Source of the DNA: Antechinus flavipes
Lineage: Eukaryota
Assembly (NCBI RefSeq): GCF_016432865.1
Contig: NC_067402.1
Location: forward strand, 219,356,001 to 219,420,000
Reading direction: 5' to 3'
DNA: 64,000 nucleotides
Below the pieces are notes generated by a model. That model was given only the letters and a program-made list of their open reading frames with translations, had not been told where the DNA came from and did not search any database. Below are positions 27,931-39,130 of this stretch, piece after piece; position 1 is the stretch's first letter, and each line of letters begins with the position of its first letter. A program made the translations under genes and the position numbers.

Positions 27931-28680
27931 TATGAACATTTTTATTATTTCCAAATTCTATCATAAAAAATTGAACTTAATAAATACTAAATAAGATGAA
28001 AATTTGTGTATACAAAGCAGAAAATTACAGACGTGCACTTGAAGCCATGATTCTGCCCACTGCTTCTCTCTCAAAGTATAAAAATTCAACATATTATTTT
28101 TAAAGCTGCCCTCCTTGTCTGTGTTTCCTGTTGACTTTCCTTCTACTTTTTCTAAAGGAAAAAAAGCTTCAATGACCCTTTTTTCTTATCTCCTTCCATT
28201 TTGGTAACTCTGACCCTGTTGTTAAGCCCTTTCCTCGGGCTTGTCTAAAAATGTGTATCTTATTTTTCACTTTGAGTTGTTCACACTTCACTGTGAAGAG
28301 GTAAATGTTTCAACATGTTTCATCACTGACCCTTTGAAATTCTAGTTGTTCATTACACTGATCAAGAGTTAAGTCTTAGTTGTTTTTCTCTACAATGTTG
28401 TTACATTAACTTTTCTCTGAGTTCTGCTTATTTCACTCAATAAGTGAATGAATATTCACTTAAATGAACATTTAAGTTTTCTCAGGTTTAATTAAAGCCA
28501 TCCCTTTTATTAATTCTCATGGTACAATATTCCATTACATTCACATATCATAATTTTGTCCAGCCATTAAACAAGTAACGGGCACCGTTCTCCCCTTAGT
28601 TTCCAGTTCTTTGACATTACAAAAAGAATTGCCATAAATATTTTTGTACTTAAAAGTCCTTTCCCACTTTAATTAATCTC
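27930..28680 (-). mobile_element. L1 3' fragment, inverted
   Basis: caatattccattacattcacatatcataattttgtccagccatt and ccagttctttgacattacaaaaagaattgccataaata. Confidence 0.55.
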
Positions 28681-31039
28681 TTTGAGGGGATAATCTTGGG
28701 AGGGACTTCCAGTAGATCCAAATTGTTTTTACAGAATGCCTATTACCTTCTCTCTTCCAGGTTTTCACCTTCTATGGAGGAAGCTAAAAACCAAGAGATA
28801 ATACTAAAGTTTCTAATTCAGTACGTTTTTCACATCTGCAAAGCATATTCCACAAGCTCTAGGAAGACCCTAATTCATTCTAGTAAAACCATTTTTTAAA
28901 AAATAAAGTTAAACTTTTTAGGAGTTATACAAAGAACAATTTTTAAATTCAGATTTATTACTTTTTTAAATGAAGGAATAGTCACTAAGTCATCTTTACT
29001 ATAGGAAAAAAAAAAATCCCCAAAGATTAAATATTCTAAAGAAAGGAAAAGAGATGATTTGAAGATTTTAGATATCAGAATCTAACCTTTTACATAAAAT
29101 ATGAATCCCTGGGCAACTTTAAGACTTTTGCCAGTTGCAGAGCAGAGGTTCATTTGCATTGGGAGAAGGAATTCCTCATCTGAAGTCCCTTATAATAATG
29201 AAATCACAGGTCAGGAAGAAAAACCAAAAGAGCTTGTATCATCAGAGTCAAATCTTGGTCAGAACAGCCTTTAAGTCTTGTGTTCCCATACAGAAGGAAA
29301 CCTAGAACACTACTGAAAACTACCCTGACTCTAATTGTTTTCTGTCAGTAGGAAGGAAAAAGTCCGGAGCACCTCTCAAACTCACACAGAAAATGGGTCC
29401 CTGAGAGAGAGTCTAGTTTATTCTCAGCTGAGCCAAGTCTTCCTCTTTAATAAAGGCCACTGGCCAGGAGCATTACAAGCACTTCTTTTTTTTTGTTTCA
29501 TTCTGAGACTGATAGCTTCTCATTCAAGGGCCAAAAGGTGGTGAGTCAGCACCAGTGGCATCACAAGAAGGTAAAAGGTGACCTAGTTGAAGTTTATTGG
29601 AAATTGCTAAAGACTTTTAATTCAAGAGCCTCTTTTCTGTCTCTTCTTCTGATCCAGGACCCTATATGGATCCCCCCGCCTATAGAGGAGGTCTGTACTA
29701 GGAAAGTACATGGGGAGCTGAAAAACCCTTTCTCTTGGCTGCAATACTGTTGGGGTGGGGAGAGAGAAGGGGGAAAAGCAAGAGAGGAAAAGATCATCCA
29801 AGAACTTATGTCTTCTGCTAACTGGAACTCTACTTTCCAAAGGAGTTGTCTTTGCCTGATGATGGAAATATGAATTATCTTTCTTAATGACACTCCTGGT
29901 CACCTTGGATGGAAATATTCCATATTGTACTAGCTGTAGCCATATAGTTGACACTTGCTGGTTAATGCAAAAGGAACTATGGTAGAAAGGCAGGTTTTTA
30001 TGTTACCTAAGGATATGGAAGAGGCAGAAGAAGAAGCAAAAGATGCCTCCTAGAGCAAAGTGATAAAGAGGAAGCAGAAAGGGGAGGTGACACCAGGAGA
30101 ATCTGGGCCTCAAAAGCCATAATGCTAGAGGAAATATGAATAAAGGTCAAAGGATGGGAAAGGCAACTTTGCACACATAAACATATACATAATCATCTAC
30201 CAAACAATAAATTATTAAGCCCTAAGGAACCTCTTAATTTATCTACTTCAACTTTATTTTAGAGCTGAGGACCCAAGATGTAAAATGGCTTGCTCAGTCA
30301 TACAGGTAGCAAATGCCACACTGTGGACCAGAACCCTGGCTTTCTAAATTCAAATACAGGGCTTGTCCCATTACTGTATATCTCCCATATGTAGGACCCC
30401 TGATTAGGGGCTCAGAGATCTAACAAATCAAATTCTGACAACTACCAATGCAGGGCAGTAGAGGACAACAGGAACATCACAGGAAAGACAGGAAGTCCAT
30501 AATGGAAGGAGTAATGAGGCATGCAAGTAAAGAAAGAACTGAGGTTCCTTACTAGACAACTTAACTTGTTTGAAGAATAAAAGATCTATAAGCTGAGACC
30601 CAGATGGAGTGGGGAAACCCCCAATGTACTAGGCCTTGTAGACAGAAGGGTGTATCATACTTCCTAAAGGCTTTACATCTAAGAAATGTTTCATTTCAGA
30701 ATAGTAACAAGTGAGAACCAAGTTTAACTGTCACAACATCAGAAAAACAAAAGAAGTGAGAAAACTTAAATTCCCAGATTATGGGGGAAGGGAAGGGAGA
30801 GAAAGATAAGAAAAGGGGGCTGCAGAGGGAGAATTAGACAGACTGGTTGGTTATAGGATCCCCTTAGTATTCAGGAAGAAACAACTTCCCACCCTTCTCC
30901 CAGACATTTCTTCCTTTTTTTGTCTCATGGATTCTGTCCCATTCCCAGCCCTGCTTTCTGGATCTCCTAGATCTCTCAATAGATAAAGCCCACTTTATTC
31001 CTCCTGTTCTAGGCATTTCTTTCTACCATACTAATATTC

Positions 31040-31840
31040 TTCCTCTTCTGGTGTTTCTTCCCCTTTCTTTTTACTTCTTAGGCAGGATCCCAAGTCCTCA
31101 AACTTTCTATTTTCCCCCATCAGCCTTATTGTGCTCTCTCTCCCCCAGTCTGAGTTTCCCTATCCTTCCCCCCATCTTCCTAGTCTCCTTGCACTTTCCT
31201 CTATCTTCTCTATCCCCCCATCTTCAATCCCTCTGTTTTCTCTGCTCCCCCAATCTCAGTCTTCCAGTGCTTTCTCCCCCCATTCTCATCTCCCCTGTAC
31301 TCTTCTCCCTCATTCTCTCCATCCCCCCCAGATTATTCACTAGTCTCTCTGGTATCTTCTCAGTTCTCCAGTATTCTCCCCTCATCCTCTCAGCTCCGCT
31401 CTTCGTTCCCCCCATCCTTTGGGCCCCACTATACTCTTCCTATTCGCTGTCCTTCCTTATTCTCCCCCCATTCTCAACCCTCTTGTTCTCTCTTCCCCTT
31501 CATACTCTCAGTCCCTCTGTCCTCTGTCCCATCCTTTGAACTCCTCTGTACTTCCCCCCATTCTTTCAGTTTCCTTAACTTTGCCCCATCCTTTGAGCCC
31601 TCCTATTCCTCTTCCTCCCTCCCCCCCACCGCCTCTCAGCCCCCTGTGCTCTCTCTCCCAGTCCTACTAGGATTCTCCCCCATAAGGGTTCCTCCCCCTC
31701 CATCCTCTGCCCCTCTTTCTTTAGCTCTTCATCCAGCTCAATCTCCCCTCCCTCCAAGACTACTGACCAATCCTTCCCCCACCAGGCCCAGGGGGTCATG
31801 CCCCCTTCTCCCCCTCCCCATCCCTTCTTCCTTCACCGCC
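31040..31840 (+). repeat. Pyrimidine-rich (CT) low-complexity tract
   Basis: About 800 bp strongly C/T-skewed on the plus strand. Confidence 0.8.
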
Positions 31841-31899
31841 CTGTTTATCCCCAGGCCCAGGCCCAGGGGACCCGAGGCATCCCAGGTCTCCCCCCACCC

Positions 31900-32620
31900 C
31901 CACCACTTCACGCCCTTGCCCCCTTAGGCCCCGCCCCCAGGCTGCTTGGGCCCCGCCCCCCGCCCCCCGCGCGCGTCCAGGCCCCGCCCCTCACTCACCT
32001 GAGGCGGCGCCGCGCGCGCGCGAGCGGAGGGGCGGGAAGGGGGGGGAAAGTGTTGGGGACGAGGGGGGCGGGGCAGTGGGGGGGGGAAGCCCCCCGGCCC
32101 GGCCGGCTTGGGGCTGGGGGGTCACGGGGGGCGGGGTCACTGAGGCGGTGGCAGCCAAGCCGGAGCCGGGGTGAGGGCGTTCGGCGGCGGCTCCATCTCC
32201 ATCGGCTGCTTCACCTGAGGAGGGACGGACCCCCCCCTTGGGCCCCCCCCCATCACAGCCGTCCCCCCCTCCCCCGAACAACTTCCGGTCCCACTGCCAG
32301 GCGACAGGCTTCGTGGCCGAACACCGAGCGTTCCGGAGCCGGGGAGGCTGCCGGGGAAAAGGAGCGGAGCCAGGTGAGAGCAGCCGAACACCGAGGGCAT
32401 CGAGTCGAACTGGCGCCCTCCGGGGGGTGGCAGTGTGGAACTTGTACCAGCCTCTGTATCTACCCGTATGATCGGCATCATCCGCGTTCAACCGTAGGAT
32501 ACCCCTGGCACGCCACTCCCACCCAGGCTTTCTCCACTCATCTCTTTTCCTTTGCCCTGGGGAGTTTCACGAAGGTCTCCGGTCTGTTAACAAGAAATTT
32601 AGAAAGGGGGGGGGGAGTCC
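31900..32620. promoter_or_regulatory. CpG island, distal IKZF4 promoter
   Basis: Very GC- and CpG-rich; GC boxes; ETS motif ACTTCCGGT at 32281-32289. Confidence 0.75.
31999..32214 (-). other. IKZF4: IKZF4 upstream non-coding exon (5' boundary uncertain)
   Basis: Consensus CAG|GTGAGT donor at 31998 inside a CpG island; candidate acceptor ccctcctcag| at 32215; the acceptor at 20021 needs an upstream exon. Confidence 0.6.
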
Positions 32621-33029
32621 CAATCCCTCTTGCTTTGAGGTAATCTTTGGCTCGCTCACAAAGATTCAGTTCAAGCTTTAAATCAGTGCCTTCACACTCG
32701 GAGAAACAAGGAGTAAAAATGACAGCGCCCTTGCCCTCTAAGAGTTTACTTTCTCCTGGGATGGGGGGGGGGGGGCTTCATTGGAAGAGCTCAAAGGAAG
32801 ATCTCCCAGCTTGTCGGCTCTCTGCCCAAGTTAGAAGGGACTCTACATACTATTTATTCCGTTTTACGGAGGAGTAAATTGCAGCTGAGGAGGTTAAGCA
32901 AAAAGCTGTGAGGATAGACTGGGAAAAGAAAACTTGAGGGACTTGGTTTCCTTAAATCTTATATATATCTTTGAGTAAATTGTAACCAGGATTTAAAACT
33001 CAGGTCGGCCGATTCAAAATTAAGAAAGT

Positions 33030-33420
33030 TTTAAAAACCAGTTTTATTGAAATTTTTTGATTTTACATTATTTACATTTACAAAGAGGTACTATCCCTCC
33101 CCATCCTCTAGAAAACCATCCCTTAACAATGGGAAAGAAAATTAAGGCAGAACTAACCAATATTAGGAAAAAAATACATTACATTCAGTATTCCACACCC
33201 AAGTTCACCCACTTCCAAAAGCAGAACAGGAGGCGTCTTCTTTGAGATCAAATCTTCACAGAATTCGGCTTGGATTTTTTTTTCATCTATGTTTTGTAAT
33301 TATGTATATTGTTTTGGTTTATTTCATTTTACTTTAGATCATTAACTCTTCCCCTGCTTCTTTATAGTAATATTCATTGTTTCTTATAGCACAGTATAAT
33401 TTTGTTAGGCATCTCCTATG
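33030..33420 (-). mobile_element. Marsupial L1 3' end, inverted
   Basis: gttttattgaaattttttgattttacatt...ccatcccttaacaa...cagtattccacacc. Confidence 0.5.
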
Positions 33421-33560
33421 TTAACTAGTGTGACCATGCTGCCACCCCTTCTTTTAGTGTACACAATTCTAAGGTGTACACAGCCTCCAATGTTGTATTT
33501 CCTTTCCTATTCCTTTCCTGACCCTTCTGCCCAGGCAACAAGCCTATATAAACATAATAC

Positions 33561-33566
33561 TTTATT
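33561..33566 (-). terminator. SUOX: Putative SUOX polyadenylation signal
   Basis: AATAAA on the minus strand about 530 nt past the stop. Confidence 0.45.
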
Positions 33567-34091
33567 GATAAAATTTAAAAAGAGAGAGGCTTACAATTCC
33601 TCTCCCCCTTTTTTTCCTCTTCCCACCCTGGGAACAGGTAATAGTGTCTCTCTATATACATTATGTATAAAGGAAGACAAAATAAGGCCTCAGAATCAAC
33701 AGGGTTATTAAAAGACTGGAGAGAGAAAAGTGATGGTGGCTGGTATAATTACATTATTTCTGTCCAGACAGCTTTCAGCTCACTCAGAGTCTGGAGAAAC
33801 ATGAGTATGAGGTAGATATCACAGTGGAATAAATATAGCAAAAATCAGTATTCATCCTTGAAGTTAGGAGGAAAGCAGGATGGAAATGTGTATGCTTGAA
33901 AGTAAGGGGATACATATATTTGTGTATGTGGGAGGAGTGGGGCTACCCTAGAGATTGTGTCTGAGAAGTAGAGAAAACCAGAGGAGAATTTTTGATTATC
34001 TATTGAAAAGGGAAGAATTCAAGAAATAGTTAGGAAAATTAAAAGATTGAGAAGGGTGGTTTATAGAGTGTCAAGGCTGCAGCAATTGTTT

Positions 34092-35501
34092 TTATGGGAC
34101 TACCTGAACATGGACACGGTGCCAGGCATTACTAAGTACACCTCGAAGATTCCAGATAGGGGCCACAGTGTCGGGTTGTACATTGTATCCATCATCTACA
34201 GCCTTGCATATAATGTTCAGTCCCTTCTTCCCAGGAGGCACTGATGCTGTCAGGTGCCACAGCCGCCATGCCCAAGCTCTCCTTGGTGCCTGTGCCTCCC
34301 CCTCCAGAGTTGCCACTTGCCAGGTCAGCCCACCATCCAGAGATACATCTACCCTGATTATGGCCCTGCCTCCTCCACTCCAAGCATAGCCCTTCACAGT
34401 CACCTCCCCTGGCTCTATTGTTTGCCCTTCCCTGGGCTCTGTAATGACTGACTGGACAGGGAGTTCCTGAATGGCTGGAGCAGAGTCAAAGTCCACTGTG
34501 TCCCAGTCTACTGAGGGACTGAAGCCTTTGTAATCACGACGTTGCCAATGACTAGGGCTTTCCTCAGGGCTGATGCTCACTTTCCCCAGCCACTTGACAT
34601 GGCGGGCACCCACAACACCAGGCACCACCACCCTCACTGGGAAACCATGGTCAGGGGGCAATGGCTGCCCATTCATCTCATAGGCCAGCAGCACATCACT
34701 TTCAGGGTCCATGGCCCGGGCCAGGGGAATGGAGGCTCCATAGGCTGTCCCTGTGGGATCAAAGTCCAGCCCTTCAAAGCATACATGGGCTTCAGGACCA
34801 TAGGGTGAATGACCAGCTTGAATTAGAACATCTCGGAGCCGAGCACCACCCCATTGGGCTGTGCTGATAGCTCCTGCTCCCCAGTTTAACCCTTTTACAG
34901 ACTTAATTTGGGCCATCTCACTGCGCCGATTACCAGCACACTGCAGGGTGACTGTTACCTGGTGCTTGGGGAAGCGACGGAGGTCATCTAGTGATAGGTT
35001 CAATGTCTGACCTCCTGGGGGCCCTTCCACTTGCAGGTGATATGTGGTAGGATCTAGGGTGGGTACTGGCAGGTGATTTCGGGTGAAAAAGAGAGGATTG
35101 GGTGTGATATAGCTCTCACCCAAGAGCTCAAGGGGTGGTTCTGCATTAAAAGGTTTCTGGCTGTTGATCTGGAGAGCAGGGTGTCTTGGGGGATCACTGG
35201 CAAAAGGGTCAGTGGAAACTATATCAGAAGATTTTTCCTCATCAGGGCTTAGCTCCCCAATCTTATATTGAGCTAGGAGTTCACGAACATGTGGCTGGTT
35301 ATGTACTGCATAGAGAGCCCAGAAAGGCTCTAGCGGTCCCCCTGCAGCAAGCATTAATTTAGATGGTCCACCTGGGTGTATGGCCACAAAATCGGTGACA
35401 TCAAAGACCTCATTGCCCAGGGTTACCCAAACCCGCTTCTCAAGACTTCGATGATAGTTCACTTCTGCCTTTGTGTACATAGGTAGTGATTCCTCAGCAG
35501 C
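34092..35501 (-). CDS. SUOX: SUOX large terminal coding exon
   Basis: cag|GCT GCT GAG GAA TCA CTA CCT ATG ...; extends the track ORF by 7 codons to the acceptor. Confidence 0.97.
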   Translation of the reverse strand, partial: AAEESLPMYTKAEVNYHRSLEKRVWVTLGNEVFDVTDFVAIHPGGPSKLMLAAGGPLEPFWALYAVHNQPHVRELLAQYKIGELSPDEEKSSDIVSTDPFASDPPRHPALQINSQKPFNAEPPLELLGESYITPNPLFFTRNHLPVPTLDPTTYHLQVEGPPGGQTLNLSLDDLRRFPKHQVTVTLQCAGNRRSEMAQIKSVKGLNWGAGAISTAQWGGARLRDVLIQAGHSPYGPEAHVCFEGLDFDPTGTAYGASIPLARAMDPESDVLLAYEMNGQPLPPDHGFPVRVVVPGVVGARHVKWLGKVSISPEESPSHWQRRDYKGFSPSVDWDTVDFDSAPAIQELPVQSVITEPREGQTIEPGEVTVKGYAWSGGGRAIIRVDVSLDGGLTWQVATLEGEAQAPRRAWAWRLWHLTASVPPGKKGLNIICKAVDDGYNVQPDTVAPIWNLRGVLSNAWHRVHVQVVP

Positions 35502-37334
35502 CTGTGGAGTGAAGGAGAGAAGACAGAAGGAAAAATTATTAACAATGCTATAAGCCTTTTCTTCTCCCCCAATCCAATCCAGATAAGGTATGGAACCAGG
35601 GAATCTGGGACTGGGATTAGATTTTCAAATTGTGGCATACTACCTATGTGTTACTGGATAAGTCACTCTCTTTAAGCCTCAGCTTCCTCAGATGTACAAT
35701 GGGTATTACTCTTGTACAACCTATATATATATTAATTAAAGTTTTTTATTTTCAAAACATATGCATGTATAATTTTTCAACACTGGTCCTTGCAAAACCT
35801 CGTGTTCCAAATTTTCCCCTCCTTCCCTCAACCCCCTCTCCTAGATAACAAGTAATCCAATATATGTATACATATTTATATAGTTATCTTAGTGCACAAG
35901 AAAAATCAGATCAAAAAGGAAAAAATGAGAAAGAAAACAAAATGCAAACAAACAAAAAGAGTGGAAAATGCTATGTTGTGATCCACATTCAGTTCCCACA
36001 GTCCTCTGGGACCATGGTGTAGATGGTTCTCTTCATCACAAGATCATTAGAACTGGTCTCAATCATCTCATTGCTGGAAAGAGTCACATCTATCAGAATT
36101 GATCATTATTAATCTTGTTGTTGCCGTGTACCATGTTATATATAGATCTCCTGGTTCTGCTCGTTTTACTTAGCATCAGTTCATGTAATCTCCTAGCCTC
36201 TCTGAAATCAGACTGCTGATCGTTTCTTACAGAACAATAATATTCCATAACATTTATATATCACAGTTTATTCAACCATTCTCCAACTGATGAGCATCTG
36301 CTCAGTTTCCAATTTCTTGCCACTACAAAAAGGGCTGCCACAAACATTTTTGCTCTACCTACCTTACAGTGTTGCCCTGGGCAAATACTTTGTAAATGTG
36401 AAATTCACATGAAAATGTGTTAGAATTAGCCCTAGCAGCAATTCCTTCTTTCCAAAGTGCGGCACAGTGAATGGAATGTCAGGGAGAAATGAGTTCAAAT
36501 TTGGCCTCGTGTATTTTATGTGATCCTGGCCAAATCATTTTATCTCTGGTTGTCTCAGTTTCTTCTAATGTAAAATGAGGATCTTAATAGTACCTATGTC
36601 CCAGGGTGGTTGTATTATATGAGATATTTGTAAAGTACTATACAAGCCTAAGAGTACTATATAAATGTTAGCTAGCTGTTATTTAATTCAACAAACATGT
36701 ATTACTACCTTACAAATCAAGGAACTTAGCCACCTTTCCAATTTACCTTTTCTCTGTGGTTTCCATAGGCTAGTATAGCCCCAACACCCAGCAGAGCCCC
36801 TGCAGCTGCCCAGTATCCAGAAGGAGTGCTGCCATTAGAAAAGTGAGGTGTGCGCCTTTGGAGATGAGAGGAATTGCTGGTAAAGAAGACGTGGGGATAC
36901 AGTTTTGGGACAACGAACCTGTAAAGAGGGGAGATTATTAGTAATACTCCCTACCATGCCTCAAAATGAAGGAGCTTCATGCAAGGGTTTGTCAGGTTGA
37001 TGCCCTCCATACCATATTCAAGGATGAAAGAACAAGATGTCCTGGACTAAGCGATAAAGGAAACTACATGCCTTGTCTTTTAATTTCCTAAGCTAGAACT
37101 TGTTCTTTCCCAGGAGCAGGTAGTATTAGAAGAATGCAGCTTCCCTCCTCTGATTTATAATCACTCCTGGTTATTAAAGACAGCTAATTTCCCCAGGCAG
37201 ATAAGATAATACATCATAAAATACTGAAACAAGAGGAAATACAGGAGTGAGAAACTGTTCTAGGTATACCTGGCATAACTGTCAAATCTGGAAACTCGAA
37301 GGCCAGAGACAGCAACTCTTTGTAGCAACAGCAT
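34092..37334 (-). CDS. SUOX: Sulfite oxidase, mitochondrial precursor, 548 aa: join(37270..37334,36747..36918,34092..35501)
   Basis: 65+172+1410=1647 nt in phase. MLLLQR presequence, hydrophobic segment [15 protein letters not shown], cytochrome b5 domain (HPGG, AVHNQ), Moco domain ([30 protein letters not shown]), dimerisation domain ending [10 protein letters not shown]. Confidence 0.96.
35735..36352 (-). mobile_element. L1 3' end (dasyurid-type) inserted into a MIR
   Basis: aaagttttttattttcaaaacatatgcatg...aaagggctgccacaaacattttt; MIR core at 35620-35720 resumes at about 36352. Confidence 0.7.
36455..36670 (+). mobile_element. MIR
   Basis: gagttcaaatttggcctc, tctcagtttcttctaatgtaaaatgagg, ccagggtggttgt. 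Confidence 0.65.
36747..36918 (-). CDS. SUOX: SUOX second coding exon (targeting and transmembrane region)
   Basis: cag|G TTC GTT ... GAA AAG|gtaaat, 172 nt. Confidence 0.9.
37270..37334 (-). CDS. SUOX: SUOX first coding exon [21 protein letters not shown](R); exon extends 5' to 37350
   Basis: ctag| acceptor at 37351, ATG at 37334, AG|gtatac donor, phase 2. Confidence 0.82.
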
Positions 37335-37431
37335 TATAGAACCCGGGTTTCTAGGGGAGGAGAAGAAAAAATCAATTACCCTGAAGCAAGGACAGGAGAG
37401 ACTTTCAGAAGCAAGACTAGAGATAAGATAA

Positions 37432-37932
37432 TGAAGTGGGAAAGATTCCTTTCTAGATTCCTACCCTCTCCTAGTTGATAATGTAAATTACCCTTTAACT
37501 CACAAATCCTGGTCCCCTTGAATTCCAATAGAAGATCCGGATCTGAGTCAATTTTGGGGCTACACCCAAAAGCCCCTAGAGCTAAGTCTCCTATTATAAA
37601 AAGTCCATGCTGGGAACTCCTCTTTGCAGAGATTCCAAACATGGTAGCCATGTGAGGACCCTCTGTCCATTGGACCCTCTGTCCATTGGACCCTTTGTCC
37701 AGTGCCCTCCTTATCTCTATCTTCATCTATCTCCTTACTTCCAAACCTAATAAACAACAAATGCTTTTATTGGGAACTCCAGCGCTACTAGACCCCATTT
37801 ACTGCCATATCCTTGCACCGAATCCAAGGGCGTTGTAGGGGAGCTTTGCTTGACTCCCTGTATCCCAAACCTGCCAGTAGACCTTAACTAAACTCTAATT
37901 TCATTTAGGTACCCCAAATCTAGACCTCAACA
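37432..37932 (+). mobile_element. Solo LTR (ERV1-like)
   Basis: TG...CA ends, 4-bp TSD ATAA (37428-37431 / 37933-37936), TATA-like ctattataaaa near 37591, AATAAA near 37749. Confidence 0.65.
37656..37703 (+). repeat. 16-bp tandem repeat x3 inside the LTR
   Basis: ggaccctctgtccatt twice, then ggaccctttgtccagt. Confidence 0.85.
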
Positions 37933-39019
37933 ATAAGAGGGGTGATGAACTACTACCAAATTTCATTAGGAAAAAGATAATTGAGTCCAACACCACAGTC
38001 GTCAGAGGAACAAACCATACTAAACATTATCTTCTTTCTTTCAACCTCCCTCTGGTCTAAGTGCCCACACTGTACTTATGCTATTACCAGAAAGCAAGTT
38101 TTGCTTTGTTTTAATTGGGGAGCAAGTTTAAGTAGGGAGAAATAAGATAAAGCAGACCCCTCATTCTCCATTCAAAATAGCATTAACTGAAGATCAATAT
38201 TCCTGAGTCCCCACCCCATCCTAGCCATTCAATTCTTCCTGAGCTCAGCAAACTAAGGGGTTATTGTCCCAAGTGTCACTGAAGAGACTGACTTCCTCTC
38301 TAGAATAGGGAAGAAGAGAACTACACAATTCTCACCTCAACAACCGTTGTCTCCTAATCCTTTAGATAGAATCAAAGGACGGAAAGCAATGGACAAGGAA
38401 AATATGGGCCCACCTGGAGTGTTCCGCCTTTGGAAGGAGAGGAAAGTTAGAGTTAAACTATTGGGGGAATCAGTCCAAGAAACCCGAAAAAGTTATGAGC
38501 AGATACCTGGGAAAAGAAATCAGGCAAGGAGATTTGTGACGCTGGGAAAAGTAGAGGAATTTAATTCTAGTTCTTAGCACCCGACTCCCAGCATCTTTTA
38601 CATCACATACGCGGCCCTTTGGGAGGAGCAACTACTTTTTCTAAAGTGAACCCTGTCAATGCCTCCCCGTCCTGGTTTGGTCGAGGCAGTCTTCTAAAAA
38701 GCAACATCCAGTCGGTGGGGGTAACCTACAATCTATTTTCTCTGGTCTCGAAGGCGGGACAGGAGCAGGAGGTGGCTCTTAGAATAGGGGGGCAGCTGCC
38801 CTGACCGAAGGAACATGTGAAGAGGGGAAAAGAGAAAAGGCTTCTAAAGCAACCTTCTGCACCCCACCCTTACCCCACTCCCACCTATGACGCAGGCACG
38901 TGCCATACTAGAATCCCCATACAACAGCCCTCCCCATCCTCCCCGGAGATGTTCTTAGGCTTCCCCCTCCCCCGTTCCCCTTTCTTTCTGCCCTCCCCGC
39001 CCCCGCCCCAGTTTCCTAC

Positions 39020-39130
39020 CCGGAGCAACGTCGCAGCAGTTGCAGTAGCAGCAGCGATTCTTCAGCTCGAACCTTAGTCGGAGAGGGCGGAGATTCCCGA
39101 TGGTGACGTCAGGGTCGCATTTAAAGGACC
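39020..39130 (-). promoter_or_regulatory. SUOX: SUOX promoter and non-coding first exon
   Basis: CpG-rich; full CRE TGACGTCA at 39104-39111; GC box 39085-39090; candidate donor CGG|GTAGGA at 39019. Confidence 0.55.

Noticed and set aside
29152-29177. Octamer ATTTGCAT plus kB-like GGAATTCC in IKZF4 intron 1
   Set aside because: Short motifs expected by chance in 64 kb; no independent support.
31798-32643. 281-aa (+) and 166-aa (-) ORFs in the CpG island
   Set aside because: Stop-poor because of extreme GC content. The minus ORF starts at TTG and, if spliced to 20021, ends at TAA just before the real ATG.
37270-37334. SUOX first coding exon longer than the recalled human one (65 versus 50 nt)
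   Set aside because: Mitochondrial presequences diverge quickly and total length (548 aa) is normal; no clear functional implication.
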